A stretch of 54,933 nt of DNA from Hormoscilla sp. (GTDB taxonomy: Bacteria > Cyanobacteriota > Cyanobacteriia > Cyanobacteriales > Desertifilaceae), in contig JBFRWI010000093.1 in assembly GCA_051439505.1 (NCBI GenBank), positions 1-54,933 of the forward strand, in the 5' to 3' direction. The notes below the pieces were generated by a model. It saw only the letters and a list, made by a program, of their open reading frames with translations, had not been told where the DNA came from and searched no databases. The position numbers were made by a program, and so were the translations under genes. Shown here piece after piece: positions 17,840-26,775 of the stretch. The first letter of the stretch is position 1, and each line of letters starts with the position of its first letter.

Positions 17840-19621
17840 ATGAAAAAGTTTCTAGTTCTGTGCTTGTTTATATTGGGGCTGTCTATGGCCCTGTTAAACT
17901 TCAAAGGTCTGGCCCATACCGGAGAGTGGAGGTCGATCGTACTGGACTTTCGGGAAGATAAGGCGGGCCTGATAACCGACCAGGTGGGGGCGATCGCGTC
18001 AAAATACGGGGTTACTCCCAGATTAAACAGCGAGTTTTCAGATGCGGACAATGTCTATATCGTAGAGGGCGATCGGGCATTGCTCTCAGCCCTGAGAAGT
18101 TCCGAACTGAAGGATTACACCGAATACATCGAGCCTAACTATGTCTACGAGACTAGCTTGATACCCAACGATCCGGACTATCCCCAGCAGTGGAATCTTC
18201 GCAGCATTAACATTGAGCCCGCTTGGGATGAAACTAAGGGTGATGGGGTGACGGTGGCGGTGCTGGACACGGGCATCAGTAGGGTCCCCGACTTACAAGA
18301 CACCAAGTTCGTCCCAGGCTACGACTTTGTCAACGATCGCATCGAAGCAGACGATGATGTGGGTCACGGTACTCATGTTGCTGGTACTATCGCCCAAACC
18401 ACCAATAACGAGTATGGCGTGGCTGGCATCGCCCACGAAGCCAAACTCATGTCCCTCAAGGTGCTGTCTGCCAGTGGCAGTGGCACGGTGGCGGATATTG
18501 CCGAAGCGATCAAATTTGCTGCGGATAATCAGGCGAATATAATCAATATGAGCTTGGGTGGCGGTGGCGAAAGCCAATTGATGAAAGAGGCGATCGATTA
18601 TGCTCACCAAAAGGGGGTGACGATCGTGGCAGCAGCTGGCAACGAAAATCATAATGCCGCTAGCTACCCCGCCCGCTATCCCCATGTGATCGGCGTTGCG
18701 GCAAGCGGTCCAGCAGCGGAAAAAGCCCCCTACTCTAACTTTGGTGCTGGTGTGGATATCTCAGCCCCCGGTGGCGTACTCACAGAAGACAGCTCTAATG
18801 GTGGGATTCTCCAAAATACGATCGATCCAGAAACTGGCAAAGCAATTTTTGCTGCTTACCAGGGCACTAGCATGGCCTCTCCCCATGTTGCAGCTGTGGC
18901 AGCTTTGGTGAAATCATCTGGCGTAGAAAACCCTGATGAAATTCTAGAGATTCTCAAGCAGTCCTCCAGGAAAGTGGCAGAAGACCCACTTAACCACTTT
19001 GGCGCAGGTCATCTGGATGCTGCGGCTGCTGTTAAACTCGCCTTGCGAGGGCAAATTAATTTCCGGGATTTTTTCCGCTGGCTACGAGATAACGGCTATC
19101 TGAATCCTGGTTTCTGGATAGATGGCGGCGCGATCGCACTCTTGCCTAAGATTGCAATGGTATTGGGTTCCTATCTGCTAGCCTGGTTACTGCGGTATTA
19201 TTTCCCCTTCGGCTGGAGTTGGTCCCTGGCTACCGGTCTAGTTGCTGGCAGCAGTGGCCTATTCCCACTACGCGGCTTTTATCTGTTCGACCTGCCGCAA
19301 TGGCCGTTCCGGATGATGGGCAGTTCCATTCCCGAACTGGGTAACGCCGTTACTGGCAGCACTTTGTTAAACCCTCTGTTTGCTAGTATCCTCATCCCAG
19401 CGGTGCTGGTGCTGTTGCTGCTGGGACATCCTCGCTGGAAATGGTTTGCTATTGGCACAACTCTGGGGGTCGCTAGCTGTCTGGCGGTGAATGCTGTGGT
19501 AGACCCAGGCATGTTATGGTTGGGTGCTAGCATTCCAGCCCGTCTATTCTTGCTAGTGAATGCTCTGTTATGCTTTGCACTGGCCCGTTTAGCGGTGAAA
19601 GGAGAAGGAGAGCTAGCATGA
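17840..19621 (+). CDS. S8 subtilisin-like serine protease with C-terminal multi-TM domain
   Basis: Signal peptide; catalytic VAVLDTG, HGTHVAG, GTSMASPHVA; hydrophobic C-terminal helices. Confidence 0.92.
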   Translation: MKKFLVLCLFILGLSMALLNFKGLAHTGEWRSIVLDFREDKAGLITDQVGAIASKYGVTPRLNSEFSDADNVYIVEGDRALLSALRSSELKDYTEYIEPNYVYETSLIPNDPDYPQQWNLRSINIEPAWDETKGDGVTVAVLDTGISRVPDLQDTKFVPGYDFVNDRIEADDDVGHGTHVAGTIAQTTNNEYGVAGIAHEAKLMSLKVLSASGSGTVADIAEAIKFAADNQANIINMSLGGGGESQLMKEAIDYAHQKGVTIVAAAGNENHNAASYPARYPHVIGVAASGPAAEKAPYSNFGAGVDISAPGGVLTEDSSNGGILQNTIDPETGKAIFAAYQGTSMASPHVAAVAALVKSSGVENPDEILEILKQSSRKVAEDPLNHFGAGHLDAAAAVKLALRGQINFRDFFRWLRDNGYLNPGFWIDGGAIALLPKIAMVLGSYLLAWLLRYYFPFGWSWSLATGLVAGSSGLFPLRGFYLFDLPQWPFRMMGSSIPELGNAVTGSTLLNPLFASILIPAVLVLLLLGHPRWKWFAIGTTLGVASCLAVNAVVDPGMLWLGASIPARLFLLVNALLCFALARLAVKGEGELA

Positions 19622-19839
19622 GCATTAACGTCACTGGCAAGATCGAACGCAAAGGATTTGGTCCGGGTACTTGGGCTCTGGTAACTGATGAAACTACCTA
19701 TGAACTTAAAGATGCCCCGGCTGAGTTACGCCAAGCTGGACGAAAGGTCAAAGTTGAAGGTAAAGTGCGAGATGATGTCATGACTTTGGCTATGATTGGT
19801 CCGGTTCTGGAAGTTAACTCTTTTGAAATGTTGGAATAG
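19618..19839 (+). CDS. Small conserved hypothetical protein (OB-fold-like), coupled to the protease gene
   Basis: ATGA overlap with the S8 gene; GTWALV..TYEL..DDVMTLAMIGPVLEV. Confidence 0.75.
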   Translation: MSINVTGKIERKGFGPGTWALVTDETTYELKDAPAELRQAGRKVKVEGKVRDDVMTLAMIGPVLEVNSFEMLE

Positions 19840-19849
19840 TGCAATGCCC

Positions 19850-19881
19850 GAAACCAGGTTTCTCAAAGAAACCTGGTTTCT
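19850..19881. terminator. Hairpin repeat, possible terminator
   Basis: GAAACCAGGTTTCT-CAA-AGAAACCTGGTTTC immediately after the stop codon. Confidence 0.5.
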
Positions 19882-19966
19882 AGTCAAGCGAGGAACAGTC
19901 TTTGTGACAGCAATAACAATGATGCAGCTACTACAAACGTTATATTGCCGATTTTAACGTTTGTTG

Positions 19967-20371
19967 GTTTGGGCCGGTTAGACTAACGGATAACCAAAAT
20001 CAACGTATGTTTGGCCCGGTTAGACGTTATTCTCACCAAAATCAACGTATGTTTGGGCCGGTTAGACGTTATTCTCACCAAAATCAACGTATGTTTGGCC
20101 CGGTTAGACGTTATTCTCACCAAAATCAACGTATGTTTGGGCCGGTTAGACTAACGGATAACCAAAATCAACGTATGTTTGGGCTGGTTAGACTAACGGA
20201 TAACCAAAATCAACGTATGTTTGGGCCGGTTAGACTAACGGATAACCAAAATCAACGTATGTTTGGCCCGGTTAGACTAACGGATAACCAAAATTAACGT
20301 ATGTTTGGGCCGGTTAGACTAACGGATAACCAAAATCAACGTATGTTTGGGCCGGTTAGACTAACGGATAA
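19967..20371. repeat. 42-bp tandem repeat, about 9.6 copies, two unit variants
   Basis: Unit ATGTTTGG(G/C)CCGGTTAGAC-[TAACGGATAA or GTTATTCTCA]-CCAAAATCAACGT starting at 20007, 20049 ... 20343. Confidence 0.95.
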
Positions 20372-20992
20372 CTCAGACAAATGCAAGTCTTGTCCAAATA
20401 AACGCTCGTCGAACCCAGCCTCTACGCTCTCTATGACTCCAGTGGTGGGTCACAAATCGTGTTTTCGATGCATTAACACTACTTGTGACCGGATCTCATT
20501 GATTACCTCGCCGCATTAGTCGATTTTGGCATTTATGCTACGAGGTCTACTGTATAACTGGTCTTTATTTCTGCGTGAGTCCCTAATCCTGGTGCTTGCC
20601 TTGGTTAATAACAAGAGTGTGTTTGTATTAGTGATTGCTGGCTCAGCTGCGCTAGGCAGTGGACTCGGTCCCCTGTCGGTGTTGCTGTAGCACTGATGTG
20701 GCGGTTTGGATTCAATCTATCTGATGACATATTGGAAATCGTATCCGGTATGGTTGCTAGTGCTCTTGTATATTTAGTTGCTAGGCTTTTCGCTCTCAAC
20801 TAAGCAAAAGGCCAGAATCTTGAATAATTTAGTATCGGACTCCTAGATAATTTTACGGAATTACAAGTGTTTTCCGATGGCGAGGCAAATCAATTTGAAG
20901 TTTTATACTGTAACCTTCAATTCAGTAAGCAAAATACTTCGCTCATCAGACTTCATCATACTTTTTGAGGAGATAGAAGTCTCACGCTGAAG

Positions 20993-21045
20993 AAAAAAAC
21001 CCCAGTTGATAGGCTGGGGGAGATAAATCAGGATGCATCTACCAT
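20993..21045 (-). ncRNA. nsiR1: NsiR1-like sRNA copy (distal, variant)
   Basis: Minus strand GGTAGATGCATCCTGATTTATCTCCCCCAG...CTGGGG-T7; promoter hexamer is a one-mismatch DIF1 (21074-21079). Confidence 0.7.
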
Positions 21046-21155
21046 TCCTTTGTTCTCGGGTTTGCCACTACTATTCGGATAACTCGCGGTAGGGGAATTT
21101 TTTCGTTGCATAGAAGAGCAACTTTTGGGAGTGCTTGCATAGTAGATCGCAGAAC

Positions 21156-21207
21156 AAAAAACCCCAGCGGATGGGCTGGGGGAGATAAATCAGGGTGCAT
21201 CTACCAT
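21156..21207 (-). ncRNA. nsiR1: NsiR1-like sRNA copy
   Basis: GGTAGATGCACCCTGAT plus terminator hairpin and T-tract; TCCGGA at 21236-21241. Confidence 0.78.
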
Positions 21208-21317
21208 TCCTTTGTTCTCGGGTTTGCCACTACCATCCGGATAACTCGCGGTAGAGGAATTTTTTTCGCTGCATGTATAGCAACTTCTGGGAGTGCTTGC
21301 ATAGTAGATCGCCGAAC

Positions 21318-21370
21318 AAAAAAACCCCAGCGGATAGGCTGGGGGATATAAATCAGGGTGCATCTACCAT
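21318..21370 (-). ncRNA. nsiR1: NsiR1-like sRNA copy
   Basis: GGTAGATGCACCCTGAT plus CCCCAGC..GCTGGGG-T7; TCCGGA at 21399-21404. Confidence 0.78.
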
Positions 21371-21527
21371 TCCTTTGTTCTCGGGTTGGCCTCTACCATC
21401 CGGAGAAATTTCAGCTCGATGTCGGAGGGGTAGTACGTTCCCAGGCTCTGCCTGGGAACGAGGTGCTCCGGTGGAGACATCGAAGAAGAGCAACTTTACC
21501 GGAGCGATCGAGAGTCGATCGCCGAAC

Positions 21528-21580
21528 AAAAAAACCCCAGCGGATAGGCTGGGGGATATAAATCAGGGTGCATCTACCAT
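21528..21580 (-). ncRNA. nsiR1: NsiR1-like sRNA copy (proximal to hetF)
   Basis: Identical to the previous copy; TCCGGA at 21609-21614. Confidence 0.78.
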
Positions 21581-21867
21581 TCCTTTGTTCTCGGGTTGGC
21601 CTCTACCATCCGGATAATTTATGCTGGCGGTAGGGTAATTTTGGGGGGTGCATAGAAGAGCAACTTTTGGGAGTGCTAAAGAGTCTAATTACAATTTGGC
21701 AATCTTGTCACCGGGGGCATGGAAAATATTGGGTGCTTGGACTTTCCCTGAATCTCATGGGAAGGCGTAGAAATTGAGACTAAATCAAGCTGTCAGTTAT
21801 CAGTTGTCAATGCAAGCATGCAGCAGAAAGTCTCGATTTGAGAAGCAAACAGGAGTGCAGGTGAAGT

Positions 21868-24441
21868 GTGACTCAAGAATTTCATCTTTCTGTGACCCCA
21901 GTGGGAGCAGATACCTATTTAGTGCGGACGGAACAGGTGGCTCGTAACGTGCCACTGGCAGAAGAGCAAGTTGTCTGGCCAGTTGATAAGTGGTTAGAGC
22001 AGGCTCGTCAACTCTATTTAGATCCAATACAGGGCTTGCTAGAGACCCCTGTATTATCAGAGGAAGAACCCGCTCCCCCTGTACCCCCCGGGGGAGCACA
22101 ACCAGCTCATTTATTGTCTCTGGGTCAGCAGCTCTATAAGGCGTTGTTTCAGGGTACTATTCGGGATAGTTGGCTGAAAGCTGAAATGCGGGCCCAGGAC
22201 TGGGGGGAAAAGCTGCGGCTGCGGTTGGGACTGAAAACAACCGATCGCCGTTTAGCTCGCTTACCTTGGGAGGTGCTCCATGATGGCTCTCGCCCTCTTG
22301 CTACTGGCACGGATGTGGTGTTTTCTCGCTATCACCCGGTCCATGTTTCTTCTTTGAATGGCTATTGCGATCGCGAGTTATCGACGGAGCCCTTAAAGAT
22401 TTTAATGGCGCTCGCGGCCCCGAGCGATCGCCAAACTCTGGAGCTGGAACAGGAAGCCCGCAACCTGCAAGCGGAACTGCAAGTGGCGAATGGGGATGTC
22501 GAGCAAATTCAACTGACAATCTTAGTGCAAGCAGACCGGGAGCAATTGACCCAAGCCTTGGAACAAGGGAAATACGATGTTTTTCACTATGCGGGCCATA
22601 GTAACCTGGGTGTCTCTGGGGGAGAGATCTATCTGGTCAGTGGCAGAACTGGTCTGACGGAAAGGTTAAGTGGGGACGATCTGGCAGGGTTGCTAGTTAA
22701 CAATGGCATCCAAGTGGCGGTGTTTAATTCCTGCCGCAGTGCTGATGGGGTGGCCGAAAAGGGCGATCGCAATTTGGCAGAAACCCTAGTCTTGCGCGGT
22801 ATTCCGGGGGTGTTGGCCATGGCCGAACGCATTCCCGATCAAGTGGCCCTCACTCTCAGCCGGTTGCTTTACCGCAACCTCAAGCAGGGCTATCCCATTG
22901 ATTTGAGCCTGTCTCGTGCTCGACAGGGACTGATTTCTGCTTACGGTTCTCATCAGCTGTACTGGGCTTTGCCTATTCTTTACCTCCAGCCTGGGTTTGA
23001 TGGTTGCCTTACCTCCAACGGCACTCGGGAATGGGATTGTCTGTCTGCGGAAATCTTGCCCCCAGAAGCTAAAATCGACCATGGGACAACTCTGAGAAAT
23101 GACGATCGCTCCCTAGAACTTGGCTTATACCAGGAGGATGTCTCCGGCCACGTTCGTGATTTCCAAGCTGACAATAATTTCGGCTTGAACTTATATGGTC
23201 AAAAACAGATTAATGATGCGATCGGGGTCGATCTGCTCGCTGCCCAAGCTCATCGTAATTTTGCCGATGCCCACTATAACTTGGGGGTGGCTTTTTACGA
23301 ACAAGGACAGCTCGAACAGGCGATCGCCTCTTACCTGAAGGCGATCGAAATTAATCGGGACTTCGCTGATGCTTATAATAATTTGGGCATCGCTTTCTAT
23401 GAGCTGGGACGCCTTGATGAGGCGATCGCCGCTTACCAGCAGGCTCTTTTAATTGACCCCTTCCACGGTAATGCTAACTATAACTTGCATCTCGCTCGCA
23501 GGTCAGCAGGGCCACAAGTAGAAGCCGTGCCCACCGAGAGTTGGAAAGCTCAAGGGGAAAATGTGTCTGCGGATCTGGCGATCGAAAATAATAATTTATC
23601 GGCTCGTAATTTATCAATTGAGAGTAAATTTTTGAAATGGCTGTGTTTGGGCATGGGGGTAACCGCTGTCTTTTTGTTCTTCGGTTTGTTTCGCTGGCAG
23701 TCTAGCCCCCCGTTGGGAGAACTACTGCCCTACCTGGAGCCGCCAACTGCTTCGATGTCGAAGGAGACATCGAAGGCTAATTCTGATTCTGATAATGATA
23801 ATATAAATATCACCGATCGCGCGGCTCAACTTTTCCGTGAAGGCAAGATATCCGCTGGCTCAACTGAGGTGGAAAAACTCTTAGACTCAGGAGTGCTTAA
23901 CTTTGCCCAACAGGCCCTCGTTGCGGTGCCCAAAGACGAAATTAATCACCCCCGCATTAGTTATCTCCGGGGCCGACTGGCATGGCAGGAGATCCAACAA
24001 GGGAACGGCAACTACAGCTTGGACGATGTCCGACGTTTCTGGGAATGGGCTGCCAAACAGGAAGGAGATAATCCTATTTATTATAATGCTCTTGGTTTTG
24101 CTTATTATGCTCTTGGCGATCTGGATGCAGCTTACTCTAGCTGGCTCCAGGTACTGGGGTTGATTAAAAATTCCCAACTACCCGAGGGAGAACGGCAAGT
24201 TTGTGCTATTAATCAAGATGGACTGACTGCTTGTGCGGGGTTAGCTCTTGTGCTTTCCAAATCTGCTCAGAACCTGCCCCCTGACAAACAAGAGGTAATG
24301 ATCGCTCGGGCTCTATCTTTGCACCAGCAGGTTATCCAAGCGGATCCGAACAATTTTCAGCCCCTGGCCTTAGCTAAAAATAATTGGCTCTGGACCGAAA
24401 CCGCCATCGCTGATTGGCGATCGCTCTTCGAGGGAGAATGA
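21868..24441 (+). CDS. hetF: HetF-family CHAT (caspase-like) protease with TPRs and a TM segment
   Basis: GTG start; N-terminus TQEFHLSVTPVG..YLVRTEQVA..VPLAEE; catalytic HYAGH and FNSC; TPR motifs; TM helix WLCLGMGVTAVFLFFGLF. Confidence 0.85.
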   Translation: MTQEFHLSVTPVGADTYLVRTEQVARNVPLAEEQVVWPVDKWLEQARQLYLDPIQGLLETPVLSEEEPAPPVPPGGAQPAHLLSLGQQLYKALFQGTIRDSWLKAEMRAQDWGEKLRLRLGLKTTDRRLARLPWEVLHDGSRPLATGTDVVFSRYHPVHVSSLNGYCDRELSTEPLKILMALAAPSDRQTLELEQEARNLQAELQVANGDVEQIQLTILVQADREQLTQALEQGKYDVFHYAGHSNLGVSGGEIYLVSGRTGLTERLSGDDLAGLLVNNGIQVAVFNSCRSADGVAEKGDRNLAETLVLRGIPGVLAMAERIPDQVALTLSRLLYRNLKQGYPIDLSLSRARQGLISAYGSHQLYWALPILYLQPGFDGCLTSNGTREWDCLSAEILPPEAKIDHGTTLRNDDRSLELGLYQEDVSGHVRDFQADNNFGLNLYGQKQINDAIGVDLLAAQAHRNFADAHYNLGVAFYEQGQLEQAIASYLKAIEINRDFADAYNNLGIAFYELGRLDEAIAAYQQALLIDPFHGNANYNLHLARRSAGPQVEAVPTESWKAQGENVSADLAIENNNLSARNLSIESKFLKWLCLGMGVTAVFLFFGLFRWQSSPPLGELLPYLEPPTASMSKETSKANSDSDNDNINITDRAAQLFREGKISAGSTEVEKLLDSGVLNFAQQALVAVPKDEINHPRISYLRGRLAWQEIQQGNGNYSLDDVRRFWEWAAKQEGDNPIYYNALGFAYYALGDLDAAYSSWLQVLGLIKNSQLPEGERQVCAINQDGLTACAGLALVLSKSAQNLPPDKQEVMIARALSLHQQVIQADPNNFQPLALAKNNWLWTETAIADWRSLFEGE

Positions 24442-24616
24442 GAAGGATAATTTAAAATCTAAAATTTAGAACTGAGCAAGATTTAATTGCTCCATTGCTC
24501 CGCCCAAAAAGCGAAGGCACTCAGGGGCTAAAAATGCCGCAACAGATATAAAACTTGGCGTTACCAGACTGCTTGTGTTAGACTGAAGAGTCAAAGAGAC
24601 TGATGGGCTAAGGGTT

Positions 24617-25225
24617 ATGTCACGGGTCTACAGTACTGAGGAGTTAATCGAAATATTGGCCAGAGAGCGTCAAGCTTGCATGCAGGGAGAGCGCCTCAAT
24701 CTTAAGGCCAAAGCTTCTGGCAATCCTGCGATCGATTGCTTGCTAAACGTTGAGGGGCTGCAAAAGTTTACGGCCTATCAAGATTTTAAGGGGACGGTTC
24801 ACCGCTACCAGCGCGAACACCAAGTCTCGGGTATTGTCTGGCGTATGCTGCTTGTTAAGGGTAAGACTCTCCATTATCCGGTAGTCCACGAGCATCTGAT
24901 CGCTTTGCCAGGGGATCTGGAGATCCTGAAGGCCCATCAGGCGGAAGTGTTGGTATTCTGGCAAGAGGTGACGCCGGAAATGGAACTGTATTTGAGTCTT
25001 GGCAGCGGTAAGGACTACCGACCGATCGCGCCTGGGGAGGTAGAAGAACTTGCTGGCAGAACCCAATGGGCTAACCTTTGGAAATGGGAGAAGTCAGATT
25101 TTCTGGAAATGGTCTTGCAGTTGGGATGGGGAAAACCCTCTGAGGCGTCTTACCGACGGGGATGGCCCGCATCTGGTAGCGAGTACGTTCATGCTGTTAA
25201 ACCTGGTGCTCGTCCCATTTGTTAA
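24617..25225 (+). CDS. Conserved cyanobacterial hypothetical protein
   Basis: 202-aa ORF, YSTEELIEILARERQAC start, plausible codon usage. Confidence 0.75.
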   Translation: MSRVYSTEELIEILARERQACMQGERLNLKAKASGNPAIDCLLNVEGLQKFTAYQDFKGTVHRYQREHQVSGIVWRMLLVKGKTLHYPVVHEHLIALPGDLEILKAHQAEVLVFWQEVTPEMELYLSLGSGKDYRPIAPGEVEELAGRTQWANLWKWEKSDFLEMVLQLGWGKPSEASYRRGWPASGSEYVHAVKPGARPIC

Positions 25226-25274
25226 GATAGCTGGGGTGAGGAGATGAAGAGATGAGGGGAGAGATACCAGTTCA

Positions 25275-25775
25275 ATGAACCTCAATGATTTGAAAGAAGA
25301 GGTTAGCTGTGCCTATGTTAATTTGGTCGCATCCTTTGCGGGCTACTCATTTCAAAGAGCAGATAGACGATCGGATAACGACGGTATTGACGGAACCATT
25401 AAAGTGCCTAGATGGATAGAGTCAAGTCGTCCCCAGCTTGAGGTGCAGGTGAAATGCACTTCGAGAGATGTTGTTGAAGATGATTACATTCGCTATCCTC
25501 TCAAGGTGAAAAATTATGAATAATTGAGAGTAGAAGAGACTTTAATTCCTCAGATTTTGGTTTTGATTGTACTGCCAGAAAACGTCAGTGAATGGTTTCG
25601 TCAGTCTGAAGATGAGCAGATTATCAAGCTGAGCGCATACTGGTTATCGTTGCGCGGTTATCTACCGACCAAAAATAAATACACTGAGACAGTCTATTTA
25701 CCACGGACACAATTGTTTACTGTTAGCGAGATACAACAGATTATGCAGCGGATCGCAAGGGGAGAAAGGTTATGA
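25275..25775 (+). pseudogene. DUF4365-family (PD-(D/E)xK-like) protein interrupted by an in-frame TAA at 25521-25523
   Basis: DNDGIDG..LEVQVKCT..YPLKVKNYE*LR..PQILVLIVLP..AYWLSLRG; both halves are in the same frame. Confidence 0.8.
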
Positions 25776-26650
25776 AAGCAATTATCCGAGATGTTGATGT
25801 TCTCAATGCTATAGAACCGCCGCAGGTAGTTACATACCTGCAAGCTAATGGCTGGCATGAATATAGTAATAACGATCTGGCATCTACTTGGACTGATTCT
25901 GGAGAAAAATTAGAGGTGCTGTTACCTCTGAAACCTGAATTTACAGATTTCCATCGCCGCATGAGAGATGTTTTGGAGATTTTGGAATATGCGGAAGATC
26001 GATCGCAGTTAGAAATTATCAGTGATATTATTAATTATGATGCCGATGCGATCGCCTTGCGCGTACCTCCTCGTATTGCTGACAAAGGCAGAATTCCACT
26101 AGCAACCCATATTGAACTCATCCAATCTCTGAGAGATACCTTCCTCTGGGCAGCTTGTGCGACTATTAACAGACTTGCTTACTTTCGAGAACCCCCTTCC
26201 GAAGCCCTTGCCTATCTGGGTCAATTGCGACTCGGATTTTCTCCGCAATATCCTGCCTGCTTTGTTACTATTCTATCGCCAATTGATAGTGGTTATAGCA
26301 ATGGGAACATACCATTTTCTCGCCAAGTTGTCAATAGCTGGGTGCAAGCTTTGGAGGCGATCGCTTTGGCCGCAACTCAATCTCTTTCTACGGGGAATTT
26401 ATCGTCTTTTGTCGGCACGGAAGAACAGGGAGTTAGCGCTAATCTCTGCGCCGCAATTGCTCGGATATATGATATCATCGGCAATAGCAGCATCGAGATT
26501 GATTTGACTTGGTCGCCTATATTCCCCGTGGAAAAGCCCCGGCAAATTATTATCCCCGATCGGGCTTTGAGGGCGATCGCATCTATTGCCAGTCTGGGCA
26601 ATAATTTTCAGGAAAATTGGCAGCAAGAGTTGCATAAAGAGCTTGTCTAA
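25772..26650 (+). CDS. Hypothetical protein, partner of the DUF4365 gene
   Basis: ATGA overlap; YLQANGW..EVLLPL..DF..RM..LE N-terminus and GVSANLC motif. Confidence 0.75.
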   Translation: MKAIIRDVDVLNAIEPPQVVTYLQANGWHEYSNNDLASTWTDSGEKLEVLLPLKPEFTDFHRRMRDVLEILEYAEDRSQLEIISDIINYDADAIALRVPPRIADKGRIPLATHIELIQSLRDTFLWAACATINRLAYFREPPSEALAYLGQLRLGFSPQYPACFVTILSPIDSGYSNGNIPFSRQVVNSWVQALEAIALAATQSLSTGNLSSFVGTEEQGVSANLCAAIARIYDIIGNSSIEIDLTWSPIFPVEKPRQIIIPDRALRAIASIASLGNNFQENWQQELHKELV

Positions 26651-26699
26651 ATTTGCTACATGGGGTTCATATAAAAGGGTACACTGCACTTTTTTAATC

Positions 26700-26756
26700 T
26701 AGCCCGCGCAGGCGGGCTTTGTTCATGTAGCCGGACCCTTTAGGGTTCGGGCGGCG
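26700..26756. repeat. Double-hairpin REP-like element; related copy in inverted orientation at 48489-48545
   Basis: AGCCCGCGCAGGCGGGCT and GTAGCCGGACCCTTTAGGGTTCGG hairpins. Confidence 0.7.
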
Positions 26757-26775
26757 ATGCTACGCGAATTCCCAT

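Noticed and set aside
19967..20371. Possible CRISPR array, or 96-aa and 72-aa repeat proteins
   Set aside because: The variable parts are only 10 bp with two states rather than unique spacers, and no cas genes are present. The ORFs arise because the unit is 42 bp, and one unit carries a stop.
20535..20803. Hydrophobic frameshifted ORF weakly reminiscent of an FTR1-like permease fragment
   Set aside because: Similarity rests on a vague FLRES motif and hydrophobicity; it cannot be supported without a search
20993..21680. Possible CRISPR array or small ORFs in the 162-bp repeats
   Set aside because: Units are near-identical throughout and are better explained as promoter-sRNA-terminator cassettes
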